64,000 nucleotides of DNA from Takakia lepidozioides (lineage: Eukaryota; Plantae; Bryophyta): the NCBI GenBank assembly GCA_030704615.1, contig CM060731.1, positions 38,626,001-38,690,000 of the forward strand, read 5' to 3'. Both the position numbers and the translations under genes were made by a program. Each line of letters starts with the position of its first letter. Within the stretch, counting starts at the first letter, position 1. A model generated the notes under the pieces. The model made no database searches. It had not been told where the DNA came from and saw only the letters and a list, made by a program, of their open reading frames with translations. Positions 61,730 through 64,000 of this stretch are shown in pieces.

Positions 61730-63430
61730 AAGAAAACATACATGTCCACAAGGGTATTGTTAGGAATCATATTTGGTACAATTTCGCCTTTCACAATGTC
61801 AGCATGGACCTCTTTGCCCTTTTGCAGAGCTGCCAAGCTGGAACACGCATTGCAAACGCAAACAAATGTGATCTGGTCTCACCCCTTCTGTCGCGGCCCT
61901 TTGCCTCGAGGGCAGGGGGGTCGGGACACAAGAGGGGCTGCCCCTGTGGTGGGGGTAGTGGCAGCGATAGGTATGGGGGGCTGAAGCACCCTTGAGTGCC
62001 CAAAGCACTCAAAGAGGCGGAGGCGCTCACTAGGTGGAGCCCCGCACACCGGGTCGTGGTGGGGGTGGCTCCACAAGGGGTGGTGGTAGCTTAGCGGGAC
62101 TTAGTGGGGGTGGCATAGGACTGACCTTGGGGCGGAGACCTCGTGGTGGGAGTCGTGGGGAGTCTTGGGACTCGTCACGGTCCATAGGGGCCGTGGTGGA
62201 TGGGCCAAGACTCACCGCGACTCATCACCGGGAGTCGAGGGTGTTCGTGGTGGTTCGCCATAAAATAGCATGGTTGTTTGTGAAACCCCCGCGGACAGCT
62301 ACAGAAGTATATATAGGGAGTAGTAACCCCGAGAACGGTGCAAGCCCGTTGGTGACCGAAAACTAGTGAGTAAGCGAGCGAGCCGGAAAGCGACCAAAGA
62401 GTGGGGAGCTGTTCCGGACTGCCAACTACCAAAGGGAATTCCGTTGGTTCCAAATCGTTGGAGGGTTCTTTGGGAGATCAAAAGGGGGACCGTTATGCCC
62501 CGGTGAGCAGCCGAAGCTCCAAGTTGGCCCGGCGGCCAGGTTGGGAGTTAGGCGCGCATCAAGCGAGTAACTATGACATTTGGTACAATTCCAGCTCTCA
62601 TGATGTCACCATGAACCTCTTTGCCTTTTCCCAGGTCTGCCAGGCTTGCACACACATTGCACATACACACGGACGTGATGTGGTTGGGCTTCACCCCTTT
62701 GCAGATCATTTGCTCATAGGTCTCCAAAGCCTCCATCCAACAACCAAGCTGGGCATATACTGCGATCATCGCACTCCAGGACACCACATCCCGTTCAGCC
62801 ATATGGTCAAATATTCCCATTGCATCCTTGATGCTCCCACATTTGGTATACATATCTATGAGGGTAGTTTCCAAGATGATATTTGGTACAATTCCAGCTT
62901 TCCTGATATCACAATGGACCTCTTTACCCTTCTCTAGGGCTGTCAGATTCGCACACACACTGCAAATGCAAACAAACGTGACCTGGTTGAGTGTCCAACC
63001 TTCCAGGATCATTTGCTCATAGGTCTCCAAAGCCTCCCTCACACACCGATGTTGGGCATATCCTACTATCACTGCATTCGCGCATCATCTGCTCATATGT
63101 CTCCAAGGCATTCTTACCACACCCATGCTTGGCAAGTCCTGCAATCATTATGTTCCACGAGATCAAACCTCGTTGAGGCATTTTGTCGAACACTTGGTGT
63201 GCATCCACAATGCTCTTGCATTTGACATACATGTTGACAAGGGTGTTGTGTAGAAACACATTTGGCTTGAATCCACTTTGGATAATGTGAGCGTGCACCT
63301 TCTTTCCAGCTGTTAGGTCTTTCATCTTCATGCTCTTATGCAGGAGACAGACAGAAGTATATGAACATTGTGCTGAAATACCTCCTTGGTTCAAAGTTTG
63401 CAGAGCCTCTTTCAGTTGTCCTGCCTCACT
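61730..63430 (-). pseudogene. PLS-class pentatricopeptide repeat gene, frameshifted and interrupted by a solo LTR
   Basis: NTLVNMYVKC..DAHQVFDKM..ISWNIMI; TTLIDMYTKCGSIKDA..RDVVSWSAMI; TFVC..AC..L..GKEVH repeats on both sides of the LTR. Confidence 0.9.
61889..62577 (+). mobile_element. Family-A solo LTR lacking the last ~35 bp
   Basis: TGTCGCGG start, collinear with LTR7 up to CTATGAC, then PPR sequence. Confidence 0.93.
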
Positions 63431-63842
63431 TGGTGTCCTTTGCCCATAAGCACAAGAAGACATCCTCTGGACTCCCTCTCTTGGTCCCCTTTTGGAAGTG
63501 GTTGTCATGGTGGAAGTGCCTGATTTTAGCAGCTGTGGTCCCACTCCTGCTTCCAGTTGACCATCTACCCATGCAAATTTCTTGCAGCTATCAATCCACG
63601 GCGGCTCATTGGTACTCTTGCGCTTGAGATCTGGCCCTCTCGGATGGACCTGGACCCACAACTCCATCACGACCTCCAATTATCCCTGCCTTGGCAAAAA
63701 CAAAATCTCCACCTTGCTGTTGAGAGCTACAATGACAAACCATAATTTATCTAGCAAACACCCCAACTGCACCTTCCAGACCTTTCATCTTGATGCACTT
63801 AAGCAAGAGACAGACAAACGAATCTGAATCTGCTGAAATACC

Positions 63843-64000
63843 TTAGAGCCAAATTGGTCATATCTTTGTCAAATGGGCTCTGTTTGACTCAATTTTTGAG
63901 GGGATAGCTGCAGGAAGGGAAAATCTACCTATCTAGACCCAGTGAGAGCCTGCGAGAGGCGTACACTCGTATGAGGCACTTGATAAGTGTGACCCAAGGG
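63843..64000 (+). mobile_element. Internally deleted family-B derivative (continues past the window end)
   Basis: 63843-63939 resembles 51463-51559 and is joined directly to gag sequence 53707-53769. Confidence 0.8.

Overview
Repeat-rich nuclear DNA of a land plant, probably a seed-free plant such as a hornwort or other bryophyte (inferred from PLS/DYW PPR fragments, a GNA lectin and the transposon types). Frequent 1-bp indels suggest a noisy long-read consensus. (1) 1-27.5 kb is a nested cluster of one Galadriel-like chromoviral Ty3/Gypsy family ('family A': ~710-bp TG..CA LTRs, tRNA-iMet PBS, chromodomain integrase) that has repeatedly inserted into itself, including one inverted full-length copy with a CATCG target-site duplication. 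(2) 27.5-49 kb holds decayed Helitron, LINE and Gypsy fragments, a shuffled-module repeat, an intact secreted GNA-type lectin gene, a small 'header + kinase' gene and an orphan DYW domain. (3) 49.07-61.07 kb, the highlight, is a young Ty3/Gypsy element ('family B') whose pol carries a DNMT3-like C5-cytosine methyltransferase between protease and RT and a PHD finger on the integrase. It also has an extra upstream ORF, captured host-gene pieces (MAD1, LYRM4/ISD11, RPS18), a self-priming-type PBS and permuted terminal repeats (A...B-A-B) that look like an integrated 2-LTR circle. (4) The end of the window has a PPR pseudogene broken by a family-A solo LTR and the start of an internally deleted family-B derivative.
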